From positions 2,342,317 to 2,406,316 of the forward strand of contig OY843587.1 in the NCBI GenBank assembly GCA_963692955.1: a DNA stretch of 64,000 nt, written 5' to 3'. Below, piece by piece: positions 1 through 8,060 of this stretch. The first letter of the stretch is position 1; each line of letters begins with the position of its first letter. The position numbers and the translations under genes were made by a program. A model generated the notes under the pieces. It was not told where the DNA came from, searched no databases, and saw only the letters and a list, made by a program, of their open reading frames with translations. This stretch comes from Gammaproteobacteria bacterium. GTDB taxonomy: Bacteria > Pseudomonadota > Gammaproteobacteria > DSM-16500.

Positions 1-451
1 CCGCTAACTTTTCCGCGGGCAGTTGCCAACCCATGACTTGATCTAGCGCTTTGGTCACGGACGCAAAGCCTGCGGCGGATGACGCTAAGCCGGCGGCGAT
101 GGGAATATTACTCGTGAGCGTGATGTCGAATTTTGGTTGCAAATGCGCGCGGTATAAATCTAAAAAATGAATTAAGCGTTGCGCGAACGGTGAATCCGCC
201 GCGAGGGGTTTGCCGTTTAACGTTATGCTGTCACGGTCGGCATCGGTAATGACTAATTTCGCGGTGGCGCCTTTCGCTCCTAATGAAATAGATAAACTCG
301 GCGTGACGGGTAAATTTAATTCTTGATCGCGCTTGCCCCAATATTTGCAGAGCGCGATGTTAGACGGCGCGAACGCTTCGCCTTGCGTATGTTGCGGCGC
401 TGCTTGCCACTGCTCACCTAAAATTTGTTTGACGGTTTCAATTTTTTTCAC
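1..451 (-). CDS. mvaD: diphosphomevalonate decarboxylase, N-terminal part (gene runs off the window start)
   Basis: Reverse-strand translation from about 451 downward reads VKKIETVKQILGEQWQAAPQHTQGEAFAPSNIALCKYWGKRD...PIAAGLASSAAGFAS. The APSNIALIKYWGKRD and GLASSAAG motifs are the MVD/GHMP signature. It sits last in the mevalonate operon and overlaps the upstream gene's stop. Confidence 0.75.
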   Translation of the reverse strand, partial: MKKIETVKQILGEQWQAAPQHTQGEAFAPSNIALCKYWGKRDQELNLPVTPSLSISLGAKGATAKLVITDADRDSITLNGKPLAADSPFAQRLIHFLDLYRAHLQPKFDITLTSNIPIAAGLASSAAGFASVTKALDQVMGWQLPAEKLA

Positions 452-1388
452 ACACCACCCCCTGCGATGACATACTCACCGGCAATGTTTTTATGTCATT
501 GTTGCCCCAGTTAAGATCACCGGCGTTACCCAGCGCGATGATGCAATCGCCTAAACCCGAGCCGGAAATTTTCGCGCCTAAAACATTTTTATGCCGGCGT
601 AACGCTAGCACGATAGCATTCAAATCAGGCGTGTTAACGCCTAACGACTGCATTAAAATTTGTTGCGCGTTCATGGTGTCGCCTAAGCCTTGCCAATTTT
701 CGGCGCGCGCGGCGCGTATGCCTTGCACGGCGCAATTATCGATGGCTGCACAAATATCTTGATACAAATGCGGCTGCGGTGAAAAAAATTTTTCTACTTG
801 CCGCACGGCGGTGACGGTCGGTGTTTTATAGCCGGAATAGACGGCGGTGATCGAATGCGTTGGTAAAATTTTTTCGGCGAGCATGGGCTGCATTTTATAT
901 GCGACCATGCCGCCGTAGACGGACGCCGCGACATCGGCGCCTGAGCCTAAGCCTTGCACTTCACGGACGATGGCGCGTGCGTCGTTCAGTAATGTTTTTG
1001 CATCGACCGCTTGGTCTAGCCAAGTTTTTATCGCCGCTAAGGTGGCGACGGTCACCGCGGCAGATGAACCTAAACCTATTTTGTGCGAAAAGTCTGAAGT
1101 AATCGTGAGGTCGCAGCCATGCGGCATTAGCTCGGTAAATTTTTTCAATGTCGTTAAAATAAATTCGAAGGGCGCCGCAATTTTCAGGGTGGCTATTTCA
1201 CTTTCGTAATCGCCGAGCATAGAGCTGATTTTTATTTTTTTATCGTCACGCGGCAATAATCTGACGGTGATACGTTGATCGACGGCGCACACGAGCGCTT
1301 GTTTGCCCTGCAAGACCGCGTATTCGCCTAGCAGCATCATGCTGCCGGGAGCGGACGCTTTAACTAACATGCACGCCCCGTGGTTCAC
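438..1388 (-). CDS. mvaK2: phosphomevalonate kinase (GHMP kinase family)
   Basis: N-terminal SAPGSMMLLGEYAVL matches the PMK-type P-loop (compare xWAGEYAIL). The GHMP motif GLGSSAAVTVA is present. Position is between mevalonate kinase and MVD. Confidence 0.7.
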   Translation of the reverse strand: MNHGACMLVKASAPGSMMLLGEYAVLQGKQALVCAVDQRITVRLLPRDDKKIKISSMLGDYESEIATLKIAAPFEFILTTLKKFTELMPHGCDLTITSDFSHKIGLGSSAAVTVATLAAIKTWLDQAVDAKTLLNDARAIVREVQGLGSGADVAASVYGGMVAYKMQPMLAEKILPTHSITAVYSGYKTPTVTAVRQVEKFFSPQPHLYQDICAAIDNCAVQGIRAARAENWQGLGDTMNAQQILMQSLGVNTPDLNAIVLALRRHKNVLGAKISGSGLGDCIIALGNAGDLNWGNNDIKTLPVSMSSQGVVCEKN

Positions 1389-2370
1389 CGGCGATAGGTA
1401 GCATGGAATATTGATGCCGCGCGCAAAGCGCGAGTAATTCCGGTTCGTTTTCGGTGACGACTAACACGACGCCGGCTTTGTTGCCGGCTACCGAGCCGGC
1501 GCCGCAAATTTTCGCGCCGCCGCCCATTTCCTTCACTTCAGAAATAAATTCGCGCACGGCTGGCGGCACGACGTTAATTTCTACTAATAAATTATGGTTT
1601 GCGAGGATGGCGTCGATGGCGCGTTCGATATTTTTTTCGATGAACGCTGTGTCCATAGCTTGGGTGACGGCGGCGAAATCATGGCCGATCGCGCTTTCTT
1701 TAAAATAGCTCGCGGCCGCTTCCACGCATTCGCCCGTCGTCGATTCCGGTAAACCCGTGTTAACTAAATACATGGGCAAGTCGGGAATCGCGCGCTCGAA
1801 GATTTGCCCGTCTTGCATAAACAAACAACCGCCGTGCATAGACACTTGTAAATCTAAACCGCTGGAATAGCCGTGCTGCATGTTTTCCGCTTCACGGCCT
1901 AAGCGTAAAAAAACTTCCGGCGGAATGTCGACTTCTAAATGCTTCGCGATGGCGTGCACGATGCTTAAGACCGTGGCCGCCGATGAACCCATGCCGCAGC
2001 CCATGGGGATGGTAGACTCGACGCGGATTTTAATGCCTTGCGTTAATTTGATATTTAATACTTCAAAAAATAAACTAAACGCGAATTGCGCGAGTTCCAC
2101 GGGTTTTTGTAATACTTCGCGAATTTTAAAATCGCCGCTGACGAAGCGTTGGTATTTTTGTTTGATGCGGTTTTTTAAACTGTTAAGCGCTTGTAAACTT
2201 AAACGGCGCTGATAAGACAAGTCGGATAAATCAAATGACACATGCCGCGCTAATTGCGGGGTCGCAATCGCAGAAACGTAGCGGTTCACGGCCATAGCGA
2301 GGGCCGGATGGCCGAATACCACGGAGTGTTCGCCTGACAAGATTAATTTACCTGGAGCAAATACCTTCAT
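1360..2370 (-). CDS. mvaK1: mevalonate kinase
   Basis: MKVFAPGKLILSGEHSVVFG matches the mevalonate kinase signature PGKxILxGEHxVVxG. GHMP motif GCGMGSSAA is present. Confidence 0.8.
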   Translation of the reverse strand: MKVFAPGKLILSGEHSVVFGHPALAMAVNRYVSAIATPQLARHVSFDLSDLSYQRRLSLQALNSLKNRIKQKYQRFVSGDFKIREVLQKPVELAQFAFSLFFEVLNIKLTQGIKIRVESTIPMGCGMGSSAATVLSIVHAIAKHLEVDIPPEVFLRLGREAENMQHGYSSGLDLQVSMHGGCLFMQDGQIFERAIPDLPMYLVNTGLPESTTGECVEAAASYFKESAIGHDFAAVTQAMDTAFIEKNIERAIDAILANHNLLVEINVVPPAVREFISEVKEMGGGAKICGAGSVAGNKAGVVLVVTENEPELLALCARHQYSMLPIAGEPRGVHVS

Positions 2371-2377
2371 GACTCAT

Positions 2378-3559
2378 TCACGTGACTTTTTCATAATGGC
2401 GTTTATGGTCTTCAATACTGGCTAGCCTAAATTCGCCAGTGTGATGTACTGGCATTTTACAATAACTTCCATCTTGAGGGTACTTAAACGAGTAAAATGC
2501 TTCATATTCGTCATAACCCAGTGCAATCCGATTAGCCAACATCGCCTGATGATAGCCAGTCTCGAGCATCTTGCGGTAGCCAGGCTGGACTACGCCACTA
2601 AAATACTCCGCGACGCAGCCCGAACCGTAGCTGTAAAAACCGATGCGCTGGCCGCCTAAGTCAGTGGTCAACAGGTCAAGTAACGCGGCGAAACCGATAT
2701 AGAGTGACGCGGTATAACTGTTGCCGATCAGGCGTGAATACGTCAAGGTCAGGCCGATGTGTTGCATAGCTTGTTGGGAATTTTTTTCGGCTAAATTAAT
2801 TTTTGCTAAATGATTGTGGGCTTTTTCCACTAGCCGCGGTACCGGCGTGTGATAACAGAAATAATCGATATCGTTGAATTGCCGGCCGGATAATTCGCGG
2901 TATTGCTGCCAAGATTTTTCTAGCATGTTTAAATATAATTTACTGGAATATTTGCCTTCGACGAACGCGTTATCGGCGTAATTCGGCCGCCAAAAATCCA
3001 TGACGTTTTCAGTGACGACACCATACTCTGTGTCGAACGCTAAAATGCGCGGGTTCACTGACAACACCATCGCGACCGCGCCGCAGCCTTGTGAGGATTC
3101 CCCTACGGTGTTTAAGCCATAACGCGCGATGTCGGACGCGATCATTAAGACTTTTTTATCAGGATGTTGACGTAAAAACGGCAGCGCGAGTTGAATCGCT
3201 AACGTACCGCTGTAACAGGCTTGTTTCAATTCGATCACGCGGCAGCGCGCGGGCAAACCTAATAAGTCATGCACGTAAATGCCGGCGGATTTGGATTGAT
3301 CGATACCCGACTCGGTGGCGAATAATAACATTTCGATAGAGTTTTTATCGACGTGCGCGAGCGCGCGTACCGCGGCATTAGCGGCCATGGTGACGATGTC
3401 TTCGCTGGGCGGTGGCACAGCCATTTTTTGCTGGCCTAAGCCGACGTAAAATTTATTTGGCTCGACGCCGCGCTTTTCAGCCAGACGGCCCAAATCCATA
3501 GAATAATGCGAAGAATATAGGGCCAGCGTATCGATGCCGACTTTGACAACATTAGACAC
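2378..3559 (-). CDS. mvaS: HMG-CoA synthase
   Basis: N-terminal VGIDTLALYSSHYSMDLGRLAEKRGVEPNKFYVGLGQQKMAVPPPSEDIVTMAANAA is typical of bacterial MvaS. The catalytic Cys context ACYSGT is present. Confidence 0.85.
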   Translation of the reverse strand: MSNVVKVGIDTLALYSSHYSMDLGRLAEKRGVEPNKFYVGLGQQKMAVPPPSEDIVTMAANAAVRALAHVDKNSIEMLLFATESGIDQSKSAGIYVHDLLGLPARCRVIELKQACYSGTLAIQLALPFLRQHPDKKVLMIASDIARYGLNTVGESSQGCGAVAMVLSVNPRILAFDTEYGVVTENVMDFWRPNYADNAFVEGKYSSKLYLNMLEKSWQQYRELSGRQFNDIDYFCYHTPVPRLVEKAHNHLAKINLAEKNSQQAMQHIGLTLTYSRLIGNSYTASLYIGFAALLDLLTTDLGGQRIGFYSYGSGCVAEYFSGVVQPGYRKMLETGYHQAMLANRIALGYDEYEAFYSFKYPQDGSYCKMPVHHTGEFRLASIEDHKRHYEKVT

Positions 3560-4619
3560 CTTTTTCGTCCTCGTCGGTCTTATTGCGCTCTAGATGCAAA
3601 TGACTTTTCATCAATTCTCCGGGATTGGTCTGTGCCGCCAATAACGACAATTCGCCGCATAATACAGCACAAGCGGCTATGATGGCCAGGCGTCTGGCGT
3701 TTTTGCCGGGTTCCCGTTCTTCTAAACAACCTAACATACGCAGGTTTTCACGCACGAAATCGAAAGTTTTACCGCTGCCGACGGTGCCGACGATCACGTT
3801 AGGCAACGTCACCGAAAAATACAAATCTTCGCCGCGCACTTCCGCGTGCACGAAACCTTGCGAGCCTTCGATGATATTAGCGGCGTCTTGACCGGTCGCT
3901 AAATAAAAACCTAACAACATATTCGCGAAGTGCGCGTTCGCGGTGCGCACACCGCCGGCGATGATGTTGCCGATGAGATTTTTCTTAATATTTAATTGGA
4001 CGATTTTATGTGGTGTGGTTTTTAAAAAACGCTGACAGAGCCCGTGGGGGATGACTAATTCGGCGATGACATACTTGCCGCGGCCTAAGATGCCGTTGAC
4101 GGCGGAATTTTTTTTATCCGAGCAATAATTTCCGGAAATGGAGACATACACTAATTCAGGATAGCGGATTAAAATCCAATCGACTAACCGTTCGGCGGCG
4201 AGTGTCGCCATGTTATGGCCGGCGGCGTCCGCGGTGTCGAATTCAAAACGCAGATACATCAAGTTCGCGACGACTTGCACATGCATATCGAGAAAGCGCG
4301 CGAAGCGGCTGGTTTCTTTGATGATGGCCTGCATCACGTCTTTGTGCTGCTGTAAACTCGTGACGACTTCATGCGCGACGATAATATCAGGCGCTTCAAG
4401 TAACACCGAACGCGTCATGCGTTCATCCATGATAATCGCTTTGATGCCGCCCGCTTGCGTGCAAACCTTCGCGCCGCGGTTGGTGGAAGGCCACAACGGC
4501 GACTCAAAAGTCGCTAGCGGCAGCAATACTTCTTCATCCACTTCTGGTCCTTTGATTAAGACCGGGCCTACGGTTCGCATAGGGATAGTGGCTATCTGTT
4601 CTGACGTTTGCCAACGCAT
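3552..4619 (-). CDS. mvaA: HMG-CoA reductase (class I catalytic domain)
   Basis: EEVLLPLATFESPLWPSTNRGAKV matches the class I HMGR ENVIGxxxxP/PLATTEG region. The gene overlaps mvaS by 8 nt, indicating an operon. Confidence 0.75.
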   Translation of the reverse strand: MRWQTSEQIATIPMRTVGPVLIKGPEVDEEVLLPLATFESPLWPSTNRGAKVCTQAGGIKAIIMDERMTRSVLLEAPDIIVAHEVVTSLQQHKDVMQAIIKETSRFARFLDMHVQVVANLMYLRFEFDTADAAGHNMATLAAERLVDWILIRYPELVYVSISGNYCSDKKNSAVNGILGRGKYVIAELVIPHGLCQRFLKTTPHKIVQLNIKKNLIGNIIAGGVRTANAHFANMLLGFYLATGQDAANIIEGSQGFVHAEVRGEDLYFSVTLPNVIVGTVGSGKTFDFVRENLRMLGCLEEREPGKNARRLAIIAACAVLCGELSLLAAQTNPGELMKSHLHLERNKTDEDEKGV

Positions 4620-4693
4620 AGGTTTGGTTTTCCGCTTGAATTCTAATAAGGATACATATATAAAAAGCGTTTCATTTTACTGGATAATCAGCA

Positions 4694-5230
4694 ATGTCAG
4701 CAACAGAACACGTCATCTTAGTCGACGAAAATGACAAAGAAGTGGGAACGGCTGAGAAAATACAAGCACATAGAGAGAGTTTACGCCACCGCGCCTTCTC
4801 CGTATTTATCTTTCGTGACGAGCAAGAGACTGAATTGCTGTTGCAGCAGCGCGCCGATGGGAAATACCATTCGGCCGGATTATGGACAAATACCTGCTGC
4901 TCGCACCCACGGCCTGGCGAAGATATTTTGCTGGCGGGGCAACGGCGCTTGCGGGAAGAGATGGGTTTTTCGGTGCCGTTAACGTCGCTGGGCTGGTTTC
5001 ATTATATCGCGGCTTTTCCCAATGGTTTAACGGAAAATGAAATTGATTATGTGCTGATAGGCACATTAGGTGCTGAAAAAATTTCTCCGGATCAGAATGA
5101 GGTGAAAGATTTCCGGTGGGTAGAGGTGATGGCATTGAAAAATGAGATTTTGGAAACTCCAGATCGATTCACGCCGTGGCTAGCATTGGCGTTAGAAATG
5201 ATTCATGCGAAGAGAAGTTCGGCGGTTTAA
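4694..5230 (+). CDS. idi: isopentenyl-diphosphate delta-isomerase type 1 (Nudix)
   Basis: HRAFSVFIF...GLWTNTCCSHPRPGE...REE: the conserved NTCCSHP and Nudix glutamates of IDI-1. It is transcribed divergently from the mevalonate operon. Confidence 0.85.
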   Translation: MSATEHVILVDENDKEVGTAEKIQAHRESLRHRAFSVFIFRDEQETELLLQQRADGKYHSAGLWTNTCCSHPRPGEDILLAGQRRLREEMGFSVPLTSLGWFHYIAAFPNGLTENEIDYVLIGTLGAEKISPDQNEVKDFRWVEVMALKNEILETPDRFTPWLALALEMIHAKRSSAV

Positions 5231-5241
5231 GTTTTTTTTAT

Positions 5242-5271
5242 AAAAAAACACGGGCAACAGAGTTGCCCGTG
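5242..5271. terminator. intrinsic terminator hairpin shared by convergent idi (+) and the 244-aa gene (-)
   Basis: Stem CACGGGCAAC(5249-5258), loop AGA, stem GTTGCCCGTG(5262-5271). An A7 run lies on the plus strand before it (equals a U-tract for the minus-strand transcript). A weaker TTTTTA follows on the plus strand. Confidence 0.5.
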
Positions 5272-5292
5272 AAATTTTTAATAGAGTCTAAC

Positions 5293-6027
5293 TTATAAAG
5301 TCATTCCCGAGCGCGGCGGTGCATCCTGGTTGTGTGACTCGTCTGCAGCATTAGATTGGTGACTAGCAAGCAACGGCCGAGTTAATGGATCTTGAGATGC
5401 GGCGGCAGTGGCACCTGCGATAGCGGAATTGTCACGACGTGCCACTGAATCCGTACGACGTAGATAATAAATTGACCCAAGAGTAGCTAAACAAAATATC
5501 AGTAAAACGGTTGTAAGCACTGGGATAATGATTTGTCCACTGGAGTCCCTGAACTCATTGTATTTACAATAATCGTCGATGGTAGCACGCTGCGCATCAG
5601 AGAGTGTGGCATTTGGACTGCAACCGTACATAGCAAGTAGCGTGCTTAAATGCAGCTTTGGATCATCGTCTCTGCCATATGCAGAACTAAAATAGGGATA
5701 ACATTCCGAGTTGAAATATAATTCATCCCCAAGCTCTTTACAAAAGTTTGAACCGACTTGCTGCATATCTAAATCGGTTAACAAGTCTCTCGACTTGAGC
5801 ATATCTAGATTTTCTTCTGCATCACTTGCAAACTGATAAATAGTGCTATCAGAAGATGCCGTCGTCATGGTGAAAGGCAGCGAATCATTTTGCTGTGCGT
5901 TTCTTTGTTCGATTAATTTGGATAATCTTGCGCGCACAGGGTTTGAGTGGTTGCTGTGTGGATTATTGCGCGTGGTGTTGTTATCGGAAGACAACATGCT
6001 TTCGAGAATTCTACGGTTAGATGACAT
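5293..6027 (-). CDS. hypothetical protein, paralog A: Cys-containing domain plus C-terminal TM anchor
   Basis: 244 aa. N-terminus MSSNRRILESMLSSDNNTTRNNPH...NPVRARL is shared with the upstream gene. Four conserved Cys (CKELGDELYFNSEC, YGCSP, DDYCKY). Single hydrophobic helix IIIPVLTTVLLIFCLATLGSIYYL near the C-terminus. GAGGA RBS upstream. Confidence 0.6.
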   Translation of the reverse strand: MSSNRRILESMLSSDNNTTRNNPHSNHSNPVRARLSKLIEQRNAQQNDSLPFTMTTASSDSTIYQFASDAEENLDMLKSRDLLTDLDMQQVGSNFCKELGDELYFNSECYPYFSSAYGRDDDPKLHLSTLLAMYGCSPNATLSDAQRATIDDYCKYNEFRDSSGQIIIPVLTTVLLIFCLATLGSIYYLRRTDSVARRDNSAIAGATAAASQDPLTRPLLASHQSNAADESHNQDAPPRSGMTL

Positions 6028-6068
6028 GGATAGTTCCTCACTTTTTAAATAATCTTTAATTAGCTAGA

Positions 6069-6791
6069 TTAAATTCTGTAAAACGCTGTCGGTCGGTCTG
6101 GATCAATAGACTCCGTTTCGTGGCGCTTTTCTTCTTGGGGTAATAACGATTGAGTTAGATTAGGATTACCATCAGTGTCAACACCGACAGGTCGTTCTCT
6201 TGATTCTTTATAACGAAAATACTGACGCTGGCCACATATAAGTAATAATGCTAAAACTATTGGAATACCCACAGCATAAGGCCAGTATTTCGTGATTGGG
6301 TCTGGATTATCGTTGTATCTGCAAAAATCATCGAGCGCGGTTTGTTGTTCCAGTGTGATCAGCGAATCTTCGTCGCACGCAAACAATGCTAGCGTCGTAT
6401 AAAAAGTTGATCGCGTATCATCGTTTTGTCTTGTACCGACTCTGTATCTGAAATAAGGGTGACAATCTTCGTTTAAATAAAGTGATTCACCCGCTTTATT
6501 ACACAAGCTATTGTCGATGAGTGTAAAACCTAACTTATCTATCAATTTTCTATCGAGCGTGGCGTCAAGATGCTCTCCTCTTATGCTAGCAAGCTGAAAC
6601 ACAGTTCCGTTTGGAGACGCTAGTGTCATGGTGTGTGGCAGTGACGTGTTAGTTGGTGAAGTTCTTCTCGCTTCGAGTCGATTAGCGAGTCTTGCGCGGA
6701 CTGGATTGGTTTGATTGGCGTGCGGATTGCTGTTGGTGGCGTTGGTGTCGGAATATAAAAGGCTTTCTATAATTGTGCGGTTCGAAGACAT
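6069..6791 (-). CDS. hypothetical protein, paralog B: Cys-containing domain plus C-terminal TM anchor
   Basis: 240 aa. It is colinear with paralog A (MSSNRTIIESLLYSDTNATNSNPHANQTNPVRARL; CNKAGESLYLNEDC; FACDED; DDFCRY; TM helix YAVGIPIVLALLLICG). This is a tandem duplication. Confidence 0.6.
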   Translation of the reverse strand: MSSNRTIIESLLYSDTNATNSNPHANQTNPVRARLANRLEARRTSPTNTSLPHTMTLASPNGTVFQLASIRGEHLDATLDRKLIDKLGFTLIDNSLCNKAGESLYLNEDCHPYFRYRVGTRQNDDTRSTFYTTLALFACDEDSLITLEQQTALDDFCRYNDNPDPITKYWPYAVGIPIVLALLLICGQRQYFRYKESRERPVGVDTDGNPNLTQSLLPQEEKRHETESIDPDRPTAFYRI

Positions 6792-6972
6792 GTTTTAGCA
6801 CTCTGGGGTGGTTGATTTGTGCATATATTATCCTTTGATGGGGGAATGAGTCAAGATGTTAATCATTTGGTTATGTTACTTCACCAATAATTAATACAAT
6901 TATTTACTTACTTCACAAGAAAATTGGCAAATAAATTTAGCTAATGAAAGGTACGTGAAAATTAAAGTTTGT

Positions 6973-7137
6973 CTATTTGATATTTATTTCAAAAGATATT
7001 CCATTTTCATCAATTTTAAATTTATTTGGGTCTCTATCAGTTTCGATGAAATAGCCACATCCAAAAGGATGGGGCTGTAACTTTAGCGATTCAATAAATT
7101 CATCTGCGGTTTTTAAGAAATGCTTTGCTGATTGCAT
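6973..7137 (-). CDS. small ORF (54 aa) downstream of higA
   Basis: MQSAKHFLKTADEFIESLKLQPHPFGCGYFIETDRDPNKFKIDENGISFEINIK. ATG at 7137-7135, TAG at 6975-6973. The ORF track omits it because of length. No family recognised. Confidence 0.25.
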   Translation of the reverse strand: MQSAKHFLKTADEFIESLKLQPHPFGCGYFIETDRDPNKFKIDENGISFEINIK

Positions 7138-7145
7138 AATTGATC

Positions 7146-7481
7146 TCATGAAGCTTTTTTGATTTCGACATTATAATAAAGTTTTTGGCGTCTTAATTGA
7201 TCTCTAATTAATAATTCAATTAATGGTTCGATAGAATAACCTAAAGTTTTTGCTACTTTCTTTGCAAAACTTATTCCTACTTCTTTTCGATTATGCTCGA
7301 CATCGTTAAGGAATTGTTTGGAAACTTTGAGTGTTTTAGCTAATTCAACTTGAGTAATATCGTCGCTCATTCGGAGAGAACGAACCAAACCACCAAAAGT
7401 CATTTTAATCCAAATGCTTTTGGTTGCTTCAAGAGCGTCGATTGTTTTCTTCGACTTAGTAGGCATGTGGTGTGACCTCAA
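7146..7481 (-). CDS. higA: HigA-type antitoxin (XRE-family HTH)
   Basis: Helix-turn-helix ITQVELAKTLKVSKQFLNDVEHNRK. It lies immediately downstream of, and overlapping, the toxin gene (toxin-first order typical of higBA). The true start is probably the internal Met MPTKSKKT. Confidence 0.7.
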   Translation of the reverse strand: MRSHHMPTKSKKTIDALEATKSIWIKMTFGGLVRSLRMSDDITQVELAKTLKVSKQFLNDVEHNRKEVGISFAKKVAKTLGYSIEPLIELLIRDQLRRQKLYYNVEIKKAS

Positions 7482-7737
7482 TCACTTCAACAAATTCTAT
7501 TTTTCTATCTTCATTTATAATATAAATTGCACGCCATTGTTTATTTAGCCTGATCGACCGCTGACCCTTTCTCTCGCCATGTAACGGTTCATCATGCCAT
7601 CCTGGATTTCTACTGGTTTCTCTCAAGCCTACCTTACTTACAGCTACTAACCAGGCTCGAAATTTTTGTTGTATGTGAGCTGGGGTTCGCTTAATAACTT
7701 TAAGAGCCTGTTTGGTAATTCTAATCTCTGAAATCAA
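7456..7737 (-). CDS. higB: HigB-type toxin (RelE/ParE superfamily, plasmid-maintenance killer family)
   Basis: 93 aa. PLHGERKGQRSIRLNKQWRAIYIIN...VIEVTPHAY resembles the HigB family core (LKGDREGYWSIRVNxQWRIxF). TTG start with GGTGA RBS. Confidence 0.75.
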   Translation of the reverse strand: MISEIRITKQALKVIKRTPAHIQQKFRAWLVAVSKVGLRETSRNPGWHDEPLHGERKGQRSIRLNKQWRAIYIINEDRKIEFVEVIEVTPHAY

Positions 7738-7757
7738 ATGGGATCACCATTATTCCT

Positions 7758-7786
7758 ATAGTACACCCTTTTAGGAGAACTATCAA
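7758..7786 (-). promoter_or_regulatory. sigma70-like promoter for higBA
   Basis: On the minus strand: TTGATA (plus 7786-7781), 17-nt spacer, TACTAT (plus 7763-7758). It lies about 20 nt upstream of the higB TTG start. Confidence 0.4.
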
Positions 7787-8029
7787 TTTGATTGAGCCTT
7801 AATCTGGTTTACTTTTGGCAATGCGGAATAAGGGCATTTAAATCTGTTAAGATTGGGAATTTATTCTTCTGATTCTGAGGGAATTCTTTCAGACACGCTG
7901 GAGCTGAAAAGAAAATTTTTGGAAATAGTGAAGTTAAACAGGGGAAGGATTGTGCTATTAGATAGGCTATTCTTTAAAATATGACTCGTCAATTGATTTA
8001 TTATAATAATTTGAGATTTGAGAATAGTG

Positions 8030-8060
8030 TTGGGCTACGGAGTAGCCCAACCTCCTTTTT
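8030..8060 (+). terminator. plus-strand-oriented intrinsic terminator with no upstream plus-strand coding gene
   Basis: Stem TTGGGCTAC(8030-8038), loop GGA, stem GTAGCCCAA(8042-8050), followed by CCTCCTTTTTA. The U-tract is only on the plus-strand transcript. Confidence 0.4.

Noticed and set aside
4731-5135. ORFs overlapping idi on both strands
   Set aside because: idi identity is unambiguous (NTCCSHP), so the overlapping frames are not credible.
6841-6900. Possible PmrA-type tandem TTAATATT boxes upstream of the paralog pair
   Set aside because: Only a single TTAAT-like half-site is present. The second repeat at 11-bp spacing is absent.
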